From assembly GCA_035507075.1 (NCBI GenBank), contig DATJOL010000129.1, positions 17,052 through 81,051 of the forward strand: a DNA stretch of 64,000 nucleotides, written 5' to 3'. The notes beneath the pieces were generated by a model. The model did no database searches. It had not been told where the DNA came from and saw only the letters and a list, made by a program, of their open reading frames with translations. The stretch is from Candidatus Aquilonibacter sp. Lineage in GTDB: Bacteria; Acidobacteriota; Terriglobia; Acidiferrales; UBA7541. Position numbers and translations under genes: made by a program. Shown piece by piece: positions 56,501-64,000 of this stretch. Numbering within the stretch: position 1 is the stretch's first letter; every line of letters starts with the position of its first letter.

Positions 56501-57296
56501 GGCGCTTAAGGGATGCGAGTTGCTTTTCGACCTCAACAAGAATGTCGTTAACCCGGGAGAGGTTGATCTTTGAGGCTTCGAGCTTCGCCTCGGAGAGACG
56601 GCGCTTGGTTTTATACATGGTGATTCCCGCGGCCTCTTCGATGATGGCGCGGCGGTCCATGGGTTTTGAATTGAGGATCTGGCCGATGCGGCCCTGTTCG
56701 ATGATGGCGTAGCTGTCGGGGCCGAGACCGATGCCCATGAAGACTTCCTGCACGTCGCGGAGACGAGCGACGCGGCCGTTGAGCAAATATTCGCTTTGCC
56801 CGGAGCGGTAGAGGCGGCGGCCAACAACGACCTCGCCCGGGCGCGTCACGGCAGCCTTGTGGCCTCGGCGCTTGCCGGGCCTGCGATCCTCCGTTACGGG
56901 TGTTACGGGCGCTTCTTTGATCGATCCCTCCGCGTCCGAAACTGCCGCAACCTCTGGAAGTTCAGCAGGCAAGTGGTCTTGCGGTGTGTCCTGAGCATCG
57001 ATGACTTTGGCGACTGCCTCGGAAAGCTCTGGATCGACGAGGGTTAGGGTGACTTCGGCGATGCCGAGGGCCGGGCGCTTTGCCGTGCCGTTGAAGATGC
57101 AGTCAGACATGCGCTCGGCGCGGAGCATCTTGTGGCTTTGTTCGCCAAGTACCCACGAAATAGCATCGACCACATTGGACTTGCCGCAGCCATTGGGTCC
57201 GACGATGCACGTGATCCCGCTGCCACTGAAGGTGATCGGCGTCTTCTCGCAGAAGGACTTAAAACCTACCAATTCGACTTTGCGCAGTTTTAGCAC
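53505..57296 (-). CDS. smc: chromosome segregation protein SMC
   Basis: 1263 aa. N-terminal FKSF...GPNGCGKSN, long coiled coils, hinge, C-terminal LSGGEKALTALALL...LDEVDAPLD. Confidence 0.95.
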   Translation of the reverse strand: MLKLRKVELVGFKSFCEKTPITFSGSGITCIVGPNGCGKSNVVDAISWVLGEQSHKMLRAERMSDCIFNGTAKRPALGIAEVTLTLVDPELSEAVAKVIDAQDTPQDHLPAELPEVAAVSDAEGSIKEAPVTPVTEDRRPGKRRGHKAAVTRPGEVVVGRRLYRSGQSEYLLNGRVARLRDVQEVFMGIGLGPDSYAIIEQGRIGQILNSKPMDRRAIIEEAAGITMYKTKRRLSEAKLEASKINLSRVNDILVEVEKQLASLKRQASKARRYAELREQMRGLLRSVLASKAEHLDIEAARLENLLREMRAAEERDAVTLHSLESEQERLSNRTYELDAELRQVHNLLNQAAIELDRAENRITFNREQAAQIESRATRLTFEIEDASRQVETLSSRVLAQNESIDSLRSQTAALETALRSSMEQVSGSTSEQEQLERRTEELRLLAARYVEESSRQQAESQRAEEAATRLSEADQQRSASLAGLEQQFATLESQVQLASAAYDAADRKTRELAAAVREAQAALATSRHSQQETSQQLESTRQELSAARARQSSIEQILRERAYTADAVQKLFNVGGSSGSSNFYAVGLLADYAEVPERYESAIEQFLRDELEYIVVESFDHARAGVALLRDEMGGRATFFVDSLRNLNIDTKEADANLPLPEGVIARLDRLVEFRDPLGPATKHFLTKLRTAYLVESGFVAEQIARENPHSYYLTLDGTCYHGRMVTGGRAGDAGPLALKRELRLHESEVARLNHLAEERQSDLARIAQQVADSETQIASATSQQMEAEKALVAAAHQRDQAYNDLARVEQQLDSERSEIARLRAEAGVARVRAEEARNQHAEAARFRAAAEAEAVESTRKLAALRSAFQSLQEGVVARREELAAMSERLASAESSARRLAEEHAQAEQRVAGVRRQHESLAAEKASLESACELLISQVAALRQDKLRFEESKAALESEWQQSRARTAELEESVRSRRQALEDLRAQRNDRQIEKARNGADRDYLRQTCVAELNAQPEELMAQEAQLLIGEALIAAETNYNEMKARVEAIGPVNMMALEEFQECEQRDEFLRRERDDLVQSIQNTQLTINELDQVSRQKFEEAFNFINAHFAIAFQSLFGGGHGEMRLAEPDSSGEAGIDIVAQPPGKRLQSIMLLSGGEKALTALALLIAVFRYSPSPFCILDEVDAPLDEANVGRFNKMLADMCGQTQFIVVTHNRRTMEMGSVLYGVTMQEPGVSKLVSVKWEDSDAAAEPRGAATSNAA

Positions 57297-57500
57297 GCAA
57301 CTCCTCGCACTCTTGGCAGAAAAGGATGCCTATTCAATTTCTTACAGAGGACGTTCGAGACAGAAACGTTCGGAGGGTTCCTAATCGGGTAGCCCTTCCG
57401 CCTGGCGCTACGATCCGGCGGTTACGGGAGACCAAACTAACATGGCGGCTTAGGCTTGTAAAGCGCGGTTTTGCAATGGGGACACCAAATATTGCGGCAT

Positions 57501-59372
57501 CTAGGCATCGATATACCACGGGACGTTGATCAAGACGATCTGCTGGCAGCCATAATACAGGAGGAAGGCTTTTAGCAACTCGGCGCGCTGGTTGTGAAGG
57601 GGGTAGTGGTACCAGTGTTTCTCGACAAGCTCGGGGACAATAATGGCGATCTGGCGATGGGGATGAGCCGTTTTGATCTCGTTGACGTAATCGAGAATCG
57701 GCTTCAAAACCAGGCGGTAAGGCGAGGGAAGAGTGATGAGCTTCGGAGGAGTCCCACCGGCGCGCCTTACGGGAGTTTCGACGAGAGGACCCCATTGTTT
57801 GCGGAGCGCGTCGGTTTCGTCCTCGGTGGCAACGTGAACCGCACGAATATCGGGAGAAAGAGTAAGGGCGAACTGCAGGGCGCGTTGCGCGACTTTTCCC
57901 CAATCGTGAATAGGAACGACGACGATCGGCGGAGAGATTGGATCGAGCTCAAGAGGAGAATTGCTGCGGATTTCCCGGGCCACAGCCCGATAATGCCGGC
58001 GAACCCACAGCATTGTGGAGACGAGGCCGACGACGAGCAGGGCGCTTACCCACGCGCCTGACTTGAATTTGGCAACGAGGACGACGAGCAGAGTAGCGCC
58101 TGTGGCGAGAGCGCCGAGGCCGTTGATGAGCATGCTGCGGATCGACCCAGGACCGCCGACTCTTCGCCAGTGTGCAACCATGCCGGCTTGGGAAAATGTA
58201 AACGCTAGAAACGCGCCGATTGCGAACAGCGGGATCAGACGGTCGGTGACTCCGCCGAATAGCGTGAGGAGGATCGCAGCGAGGATCGCAAGGACGACGA
58301 TTCCTTGCGTATAGACCAGGCGTCGGCCGCGAAGAGCAAATACATGCGGCAAAAAGCTGTCATGCGCCACTGCTTTGCACAGACGAGGAAAGTCGGCGAA
58401 CGCTGTGTTCGCGGAGAGCGATAGGATCACAAGGACCGAGCCGATCGTGAGGTAATAGAACCAGCCGCGGCCAAGCACGGCCGCCACAAGCATCGATATC
58501 ACGCTTTGATAGCCCGGTCGGCCGGGATCGGTTGCGACGATGGCGTAGGCACGGACGAGCCAAGCTATGCCTGCCAGCAGTACAATCAGCAGACCGATGA
58601 TTACGGTCAGAGTGCGCTGCGCGTTGCGCACGGTCGGTTCGCGGAAAGCACGGACGCCGTTGCTGACGGCTTCGACTCCGGTCATAGCTGTGCAACCATT
58701 CGAAAAAACTTGAAGCAGTAGCCATGTGCTGGCTACCGTGAGGAGCGCAGGCGGGGCCTGAGGCGGTGCGATGACGGCGATCGGGTGCCCGTGTGCAAGG
58801 ACGGTCTTGACGGCGCCGATTACGATGGTTATCAGTAGAGTGCCAACGAAAAGGTATGTGGGCAGCATGAAAACAACGCCCGCTTCGCGGACGCCGCGCA
58901 GATTCACGATGGTAATGACAACCAGAATCCCGAGGCAGATGCCGAGGGTATGAGTCTGGAGCCGCGGCAGTGCTGACACTAGGGCTCCCACTCCAGCGGA
59001 AATTCCGACTGCGACGACCAGAACGTAGTCAATCATGAGCGCCGCGCCCGCCAGAAGTCCGGGAAACGCTCCAAGGTTTTCCGACGCGACGGTGTATGAA
59101 CCACCACCGCCGGGGTAGGCGGCAATCGTTTGCCGGTACGAGAAAAAGACAATGGTAAGGAGGGCGATAATGCAGAGGCTTACGGGAACGATGTAGTGGA
59201 CGCCCGCGGCACCCAGGCCGATCAAGAGAGTGAGCGCGGCTTCGGGTCCATACGCGGCCGAACTGAGCGCATCGAGGCCAAAAATCGGGATTCCGGCGGA
59301 GGGTCCGATTTGCTCGGCCCGTTCATCGGATGTGGCCACGGGCTTGCCGAGCAAGATATCCAGAAAGGACAT
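57501..59372 (-). CDS. APC family permease with C-terminal cytoplasmic domain
   Basis: 12 TM helices starting GLDALSSAAYGPEA, plus a soluble C-terminus of about 170 aa. Confidence 0.85.
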   Translation of the reverse strand: MSFLDILLGKPVATSDERAEQIGPSAGIPIFGLDALSSAAYGPEAALTLLIGLGAAGVHYIVPVSLCIIALLTIVFFSYRQTIAAYPGGGGSYTVASENLGAFPGLLAGAALMIDYVLVVAVGISAGVGALVSALPRLQTHTLGICLGILVVITIVNLRGVREAGVVFMLPTYLFVGTLLITIVIGAVKTVLAHGHPIAVIAPPQAPPALLTVASTWLLLQVFSNGCTAMTGVEAVSNGVRAFREPTVRNAQRTLTVIIGLLIVLLAGIAWLVRAYAIVATDPGRPGYQSVISMLVAAVLGRGWFYYLTIGSVLVILSLSANTAFADFPRLCKAVAHDSFLPHVFALRGRRLVYTQGIVVLAILAAILLTLFGGVTDRLIPLFAIGAFLAFTFSQAGMVAHWRRVGGPGSIRSMLINGLGALATGATLLVVLVAKFKSGAWVSALLVVGLVSTMLWVRRHYRAVAREIRSNSPLELDPISPPIVVVPIHDWGKVAQRALQFALTLSPDIRAVHVATEDETDALRKQWGPLVETPVRRAGGTPPKLITLPSPYRLVLKPILDYVNEIKTAHPHRQIAIIVPELVEKHWYHYPLHNQRAELLKAFLLYYGCQQIVLINVPWYIDA

Positions 59373-59497
59373 GTAACCTCACAGGATAGGCTGGAAAGAA
59401 CAGGTTGCTAGGGTAATGGGAACTTCGCGGGATTGGAAATGAATATTAGGCGACTTCGTGCGTCATGTTGGGTGGAATAAGCGAGCGCACTGGTAGG

Positions 59498-60301
59498 ATG
59501 GAGCACCGAGGAATGGAATTGGACGACGCGGCACTGATCGAATTAAGGAACGTCCGAGTCATGCGGGGCGAGAAGGCCGCACTAGATGACTTTTCGCTGA
59601 GGATCGCGCTGGCCGAGCACGTGGCGATTCTGGGGCCGAATGGATGCGGAAAGTCGACGCTGATCAAAACGATTACGCGCGAGTGTTATCCGGTTGCGCG
59701 GGAGAATTCGTGGATGACCATTCTGGGACGCGAGCGATGGAACGTTTTCGAGCTGCGGTCGCTGCTGGGAATTGTTTCGAACGATCTGCTTGCCTGGTGC
59801 AAGTCCGATACGCCGGGATTGGAAGTAGTGCTTTCCGGGTTTTTCAGCAGCCAGCGCGTGTTTCGGAATCATCGCGTTTCGACGGAACAGGAGCGCCGAG
59901 CATCTGGCACGCTAGAGCGGCTGGGAGTGTTGCATTTAGCGGAACGCCCGATGGAAGAAATGTCGTCGGGCGAGGCACAGAGAGTTTTGATTGCGCGGGC
60001 GCTGGTGCACGAGCCGAAGGCGCTGGTGTTTGATGAACCGACAAACAGCCTTGATGTGCTGGCGCAGCGCGAACTGCGCGAAACGATGCGGGAGCTGGCA
60101 CGGTCCGGTGTTGGAATCGTGCTGGTGACGCATCACGTGACGGACATCATTCCGGAAATCGAACGCGTGGTGCTGATGCGCGAGGGCCGGATCATGGCGG
60201 ACGGACCAAAGCGGGAGGTGCTCTGCGCCGATAGACTCTCCGAGCTGTTTGGCATGGACGTTGAAATCAGCCGTCATAATGGGCACTACCATTTGTGGTG
60301 A
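59498..60301 (+). CDS. ABC transporter ATP-binding protein (ModF-like, no adjacent permease)
   Basis: GPNGCGKST, MSSGEAQRVLIARAL, LVFDEPTNSLD. Start is uncertain (59465, 59498 or 59513). Confidence 0.85.
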   Translation: MEHRGMELDDAALIELRNVRVMRGEKAALDDFSLRIALAEHVAILGPNGCGKSTLIKTITRECYPVARENSWMTILGRERWNVFELRSLLGIVSNDLLAWCKSDTPGLEVVLSGFFSSQRVFRNHRVSTEQERRASGTLERLGVLHLAERPMEEMSSGEAQRVLIARALVHEPKALVFDEPTNSLDVLAQRELRETMRELARSGVGIVLVTHHVTDIIPEIERVVLMREGRIMADGPKREVLCADRLSELFGMDVEISRHNGHYHLW

Positions 60302-61024
60302 GGCTCTGCTTGGTCTGGGCCGCGGCCTTTGTGATGAGGAATCGGGAACTGCTCGACCGGCTCGCCGCGCTCCCGCTCTTCACGCTGCCTCTTAGGCCTA
60401 TACCACTTGAAATAGAGAAGAGCGGCGATTCCGCCGAGCGCTGCGAGCCCGAGCAGCGCGTAAAGAAGAGGCTTATAGTATTGAGAAAGCGCGGAAATGA
60501 TCGCCGGGCCGTAGACGTGGCCCAAATACGCGACGGCCAAGAAACGAACTCCTCGTCCAAGAGAGAGGGACGCAAAGAATTTCTTGAGAGGGTAATGCAT
60601 CACGCCCGCCGCGATCAGCATGGGCGCCATTGGGAAAGGTGGAGGTAGTATCGCGCTGATTGCGATGGTGCTCGCGAAAGCGAGCATACACTTTTTCAGC
60701 GCGCTTCTTGCCAATTTTTCTTTCGAGTGTTTCTTCTCCGCCTTTTTCTCCCAGGCGGAAAGTCAGAAAGCCGCCGCCGACGGCTCCGACCGTCGCCATG
60801 AAGGAGTAATAAGGCCACAGGGTGCGATGATAGGCCGTGAGCAGAATCACGGCGGCATCCATGCTTCCCGGCACCGGGATGAGGGAATTATCGACGATCC
60901 CGAGCAGAATAGGGCCGGGACCTCCGAGGCGATGGAACCAATTCAGAAACTCACTTGAGAACAGCAGCGAAATCGAATTTAGCGTCCGCAAGCTAGCGAC
61001 TCTGTCTTTTAGGCGAGCTGCCAC
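60286..61024 (-). pseudogene. YqaA/DedA-like (VTT domain) membrane protein split by a frameshift
   Basis: N-terminal half (60473-61024: LLGIVDNSLIPVPGSMDAAVILL...) and C-terminal half (60286-60714: STIAISAILPPPFPMAPMLIAAGVMHYPLKKFF) are in different frames. The junction lies near a T5 run at 60692-60696. Confidence 0.6.
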
Positions 61025-61161
61025 CCACGATCATTCTATGCTTTGCGATTCGTAGAGGAGCTACAGCATGGCCTTGATTGGGCGGGCGAAATCTCCTTAG
61101 CAGCTCGAAAGAAATGGCGACGGCCGCGAGTGTGTTAGCGCACATAAGTATGCGGGTAGCA

Positions 61162-61190
61162 TTGACTTAGGCCTGTTCTACGCCTAGCAT
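61162..61190 (+). promoter_or_regulatory. sigma70-type promoter for the M28 peptidase gene
   Basis: TTGACT (61162-61167), 17-nt spacer, TAGCAT (61185-61190). GGAGGA SD at 61199-61204. Confidence 0.45.
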
Positions 61191-61214
61191 GACGCGACGG
61201 AGGACGACCCCGTT

Positions 61215-63533
61215 TTGACACCCGAGCGTTCACCGGGCATCCGAAGAGCGGCCTCCAGCGTGCTGATTCTCGGCGCGATTTTCCTCCTTTGTTATCTTGG
61301 AGTACGGCCGCCGGCAGCGAAACCTGCGAATGCTCCCGCCAATCAGTTTTCCGCGGAACGCGCAATCAATGTGCTGGGAAGGTTGCTCGACGGTGACACG
61401 CCGCACCCGGTGGGCAGCGTGGCAGACGACGCAGTGCGGAGCCGGATTCTCGTCGAACTGGTCCGGCTCGGTTACGATCCCCAGGTGCAGAGCGCGTTTG
61501 ACTGCAACGATTACGGCAACTGTGCCGTGGTGAACAATGTGCTGGCGCGGCTCGACGGGACCGAGACTTCCCCGGGCAGCGGCGCGGTGTTGCTTGCGGC
61601 CCACTACGATTCGGTGCCGGCGGGGCCAGGCGCCTCCGACGATGGAGCCAGCGTCGCCGCGATCCTCGAGGTTGCGAATGACTTGAGGTCGCTCCCGCGG
61701 CCGCGGCATTCCATCATTTTTCTGATTGACGAAGGCGAGGAAGCGGGACTGCTCGGCGCGCGAGCCTTCGTCGACTGGCATCCCTGGGCGAAGGAAGTGC
61801 GCGCAGTGGTGAATTTGGACGCGCGGGGAACTTCCGGCGCGAGTTTACTGTTTGAAACCGGCACCGCCAATCAGTGGGTGATTCGGCTTTTCAAGGAGTC
61901 GGCGCCGCGGCCGGTGACCAGTTCGATCTTTTACAACGTGTATCGAAGATTGCCTAACGACACGGACATGACGGTGTTCAAGTCCGTGGAGATGCAAGGC
62001 GCGAACTTCGCGTACATCGGAAATGAACCGCAATACCATACGCCCCTCGACAATTTTGCGAACGTGAATGGGGCAAGCGTTCAACACCAAGGCGAAAATG
62101 CCCTGGCGATGACGCTTGCTCTGGCAAACAGTGCAGAGCTCACGAAGCCTCCGGAGAAGGATGCGGTTTATTTCGACGTATTCGGCAGGCACCTATTCGA
62201 GTGGCCGGAAACTCGATCGCTGAAGATCGGAATCGCGGCCTCACTCTTGCTGGCTGTTCAGATCGCGGTGCTTTTCTGGATGAAGCGCATGGCTTGGCGT
62301 GAGTTTCTCTCGGGCCTCGCCGCATTGATTATGGCCTTGATATCGACGGGCGCGCTCGCGCTGATCCTATACCGTGTGCTGAGACTGACGGGCGCGATTC
62401 CCGTGAATTGGGTGGCGCATCCAGCCCCTTCGCGAATTGCATTCTGGGTTTTCGCGCTCGCCGTAGTGGTGATTCACGGAATAGCGTTCGCGAAGCGAGC
62501 GAGATTCTGGGGCCTCTGGGCCGGCGTTTGGACATGGTGGGCGCTGGGAGGCGTGGTGCTGGCGCTGTTCGAGCCGGGAATGAGCTACATATTGCAAGTG
62601 CCGGTTTGCGTGGCGATGATTGTGGGACTACCAATTGTGGCTTTTCGAAAGGACTCGGCGTTTGGGCAGTGGCTGGCGGGAATCATTCCCATGGCGGCGG
62701 CTGCGATTGTGGGGTTCACGCCTCTGATTTTGCTGTACTCCGCGCTGGGAGTGCCGGCGCTCGCATTGATCGCGATTTTTGTCGCGCTCGTGCTTACTCC
62801 ACTGGTTCCGCTCTGCGTGGACTTGGGTGACGCGGATGGATTGCTGGCTGTGTCGATTCCAGGAGTGCCAATTATTGTAACGGGGCTGGCGATGTTTGCA
62901 GCTGTAGTGGTGCCCGCCTATTCCGCGCAGGCGCCTGAACGAGTGAATCTGCAATTTTGGCAAGATGCGGATTCCGGGAAGGCGCAGTGGGTGGTTGAGC
63001 CGGAGTCCGGAAAGTTGCCGGTGCCAATCAGCCTGGCAGCTTCTTTCCGGATGGGACGAGGCGATGAAATACCCTGGGACAAAAGCCCTGCATATCTTTC
63101 GAACGCGCCTGCGCAGGATCTTAGCGCGCCTTCGTTTACCGTGCTCGATTCAGCTGTGATCGGAAACAAACGACAGTTCGACGCGCTGTTACGTTCTGAG
63201 CGTGGGGCGCCTGCGGCGGCGGTGATGTTTCCGCCTGACTCGGGAGTCGAAGCTGTCCATATGGAGGACGTGGCGGTGCCGCCGGAGACGGCGCGGGTGA
63301 GGAATTATTTTAACGGGTGGTATGTGTACGCCTCGCCTTCGATGCCGGCGCGCGGAGTGGAATTAAGCTTTCTACTGCCGATGGGCAAACCGGTCACGGT
63401 TGTGGTAATCGACCACTCCTACGGACTGCCGGATGCGGGGCAGTTCCTGACCAACGCGCGACCACTGACCGCGGTGCCTTCGGGCGAGGGAGACTTGACG
63501 ATCGTCAGCCGACGCGTCCAACTGAATCCGTAG
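61215..63533 (+). CDS. M28 family metallopeptidase with polytopic membrane domain
   Basis: LLAAHYDSVPAGPGASDDGASVAAILE...DEGEEAGLLGA...NLDARG, then about nine TM helices and a C-terminal domain. Confidence 0.85.
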   Translation: MTPERSPGIRRAASSVLILGAIFLLCYLGVRPPAAKPANAPANQFSAERAINVLGRLLDGDTPHPVGSVADDAVRSRILVELVRLGYDPQVQSAFDCNDYGNCAVVNNVLARLDGTETSPGSGAVLLAAHYDSVPAGPGASDDGASVAAILEVANDLRSLPRPRHSIIFLIDEGEEAGLLGARAFVDWHPWAKEVRAVVNLDARGTSGASLLFETGTANQWVIRLFKESAPRPVTSSIFYNVYRRLPNDTDMTVFKSVEMQGANFAYIGNEPQYHTPLDNFANVNGASVQHQGENALAMTLALANSAELTKPPEKDAVYFDVFGRHLFEWPETRSLKIGIAASLLLAVQIAVLFWMKRMAWREFLSGLAALIMALISTGALALILYRVLRLTGAIPVNWVAHPAPSRIAFWVFALAVVVIHGIAFAKRARFWGLWAGVWTWWALGGVVLALFEPGMSYILQVPVCVAMIVGLPIVAFRKDSAFGQWLAGIIPMAAAAIVGFTPLILLYSALGVPALALIAIFVALVLTPLVPLCVDLGDADGLLAVSIPGVPIIVTGLAMFAAVVVPAYSAQAPERVNLQFWQDADSGKAQWVVEPESGKLPVPISLAASFRMGRGDEIPWDKSPAYLSNAPAQDLSAPSFTVLDSAVIGNKRQFDALLRSERGAPAAAVMFPPDSGVEAVHMEDVAVPPETARVRNYFNGWYVYASPSMPARGVELSFLLPMGKPVTVVVIDHSYGLPDAGQFLTNARPLTAVPSGEGDLTIVSRRVQLNP

Positions 63534-63640
63534 CGCGCACCCGGACTGATCAAATTCCCTTTTCGAGCTGGTTCGGACTGCGTTATTCTCGCCTGGGCCT
63601 GTACAATATTTTTCTTGGGGGCGAATTGCTCTGGGTTAGA

Positions 63641-64000
63641 GTGACTTTCTGGACGCTGTTTCTGGCGGCAGCGGGAACGTGCGTGGGAATTTCCTACCAC
63701 AAGCGATTCCAAGCGGAGAACCGGCTGAAAACCGAAGCGACGCAGGCGCAGGCTGAGGCCGAGGACATCCAGCGGACCGTGATTCTCTTCAAATCGCATC
63801 CCGTCCCTGCAGGGCTTCCTTTCGCGACGATATTGGAAAACTTCGGGATCGAAGGCGATAGGGCCGCAAGGCTGATCGCTTCGGTGCAACCTGTATTTGA
63901 CTTGCGGCACCTTCGTGCGGGCAATGAGCTCGCAATCGGAAGATCGGTACTCGGCGAATTGCGCGAAGTGCGTTATCGAATCGACGGAGATCATTTGCTT
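63641..64000 (+). CDS. partial CDS (N-terminus), possibly M23-type peptidase; 3' end outside window
   Basis: My own translation runs open from GTG 63641 (or TTG 63626) to the window end. It has a TM helix, a coiled segment, then GLPFATILENFGIEGDRAARLIASVQPVFDLRHLRAGNELAIG, typical of the N-domains of M23 peptidases. Not in the ORF track. Confidence 0.45.
   Translation, partial: MTFWTLFLAAAGTCVGISYHKRFQAENRLKTEATQAQAEAEDIQRTVILFKSHPVPAGLPFATILENFGIEGDRAARLIASVQPVFDLRHLRAGNELAIGRSVLGELREVRYRIDGDHLL

Noticed and set aside
63419-63994. A 191-aa minus-strand ORF at the window end.
   Set aside because: It overlaps the 3' end of the M28 peptidase gene and lies antisense to a plus-strand open frame (63641-64000) that has a TM helix and an M23-peptidase-like N-domain. 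Its sequence is Arg/Pro-rich.
1-64000. I searched by eye for tRNA/rRNA genes, CRISPR repeat-spacer arrays, transposase or integrase genes and long terminal inverted repeats.
   Set aside because: I found no tRNA-like T-loop/acceptor patterns (GGTTCGAATCC-type) in intergenic DNA. There are no regularly spaced 25-40-bp repeats, and no ORF has DDE, tyrosine or serine recombinase motifs. Absence by eye is not proof, so tRNAscan, Infernal and ISEScan should confirm.

Overview
This is a gene-dense chromosomal segment, about 60% G+C by spot counts. It is most consistent with an Acidobacteriota genome: it carries an ADOP/FtsX-type permease tail ending VDPMVALRHE, a VWA protein of the type common in that phylum, and many Arg/His-rich antisense ORF artefacts typical of high-GC DNA. 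I support about 60 protein-coding genes. I found no rRNA, tRNA, CRISPR array, transposase or integrase.

The content is mostly housekeeping:
- A TetR-HlyD-ABC-ABC2 efflux operon (0.9-5.3 kb).
- GH57 glucan enzyme, Trm112 and ferredoxin (6-8.8 kb).
- greA, a CDP-alcohol phosphatidyltransferase, DinB, PilZ, HAD, a class V aminotransferase, a fused MoaD-MoaE, VWA and IMPase (10.6-18 kb).
- A GAF-GGDEF cyclase.
- An lptC/A-lptB-rpoN-rapZ cluster (27-32.4 kb), followed by msbA-like-yicC-gmk-rpoZ-coaBC (32.5-37.3 kb).
- UDG, priA, an M50 protease, HU, dcd, a marR-pirin-nitroreductase operon, purC, smc, an APC permease and an M28 peptidase.

The only clearly accessory piece is a roughly 2.5 kb lower-GC cassette at 22.0-24.4 kb. 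It encodes a CxxC/HTH protein, a DPPY amino-methyltransferase and a convergent, overlapping nuclease-like ORF. That ORF carries a K-x3-R-E-R signature reminiscent of CCGG-family PD-(D/E)XK restriction enzymes. I read the cassette as a type II R-M-like module of unassigned family. It is the best candidate for anything novel here, but I cannot show it is a new system.

Other points worth a second look:
- Two disrupted genes: a COG4637-like ATPase with a lost start codon plus a frameshift, and a frameshifted YqaA/DedA-like membrane protein.
- A MoaX-like MoaD-MoaE fusion.
- A 784-aa LptC/LptA multi-domain protein.
- A short dispersed intergenic repeat family.
- An orphan strong intrinsic terminator upstream of the GGDEF gene.
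- Several operator-like palindromes.

All functional calls come from reading the translated ORFs and recalling motifs. No database search was possible.
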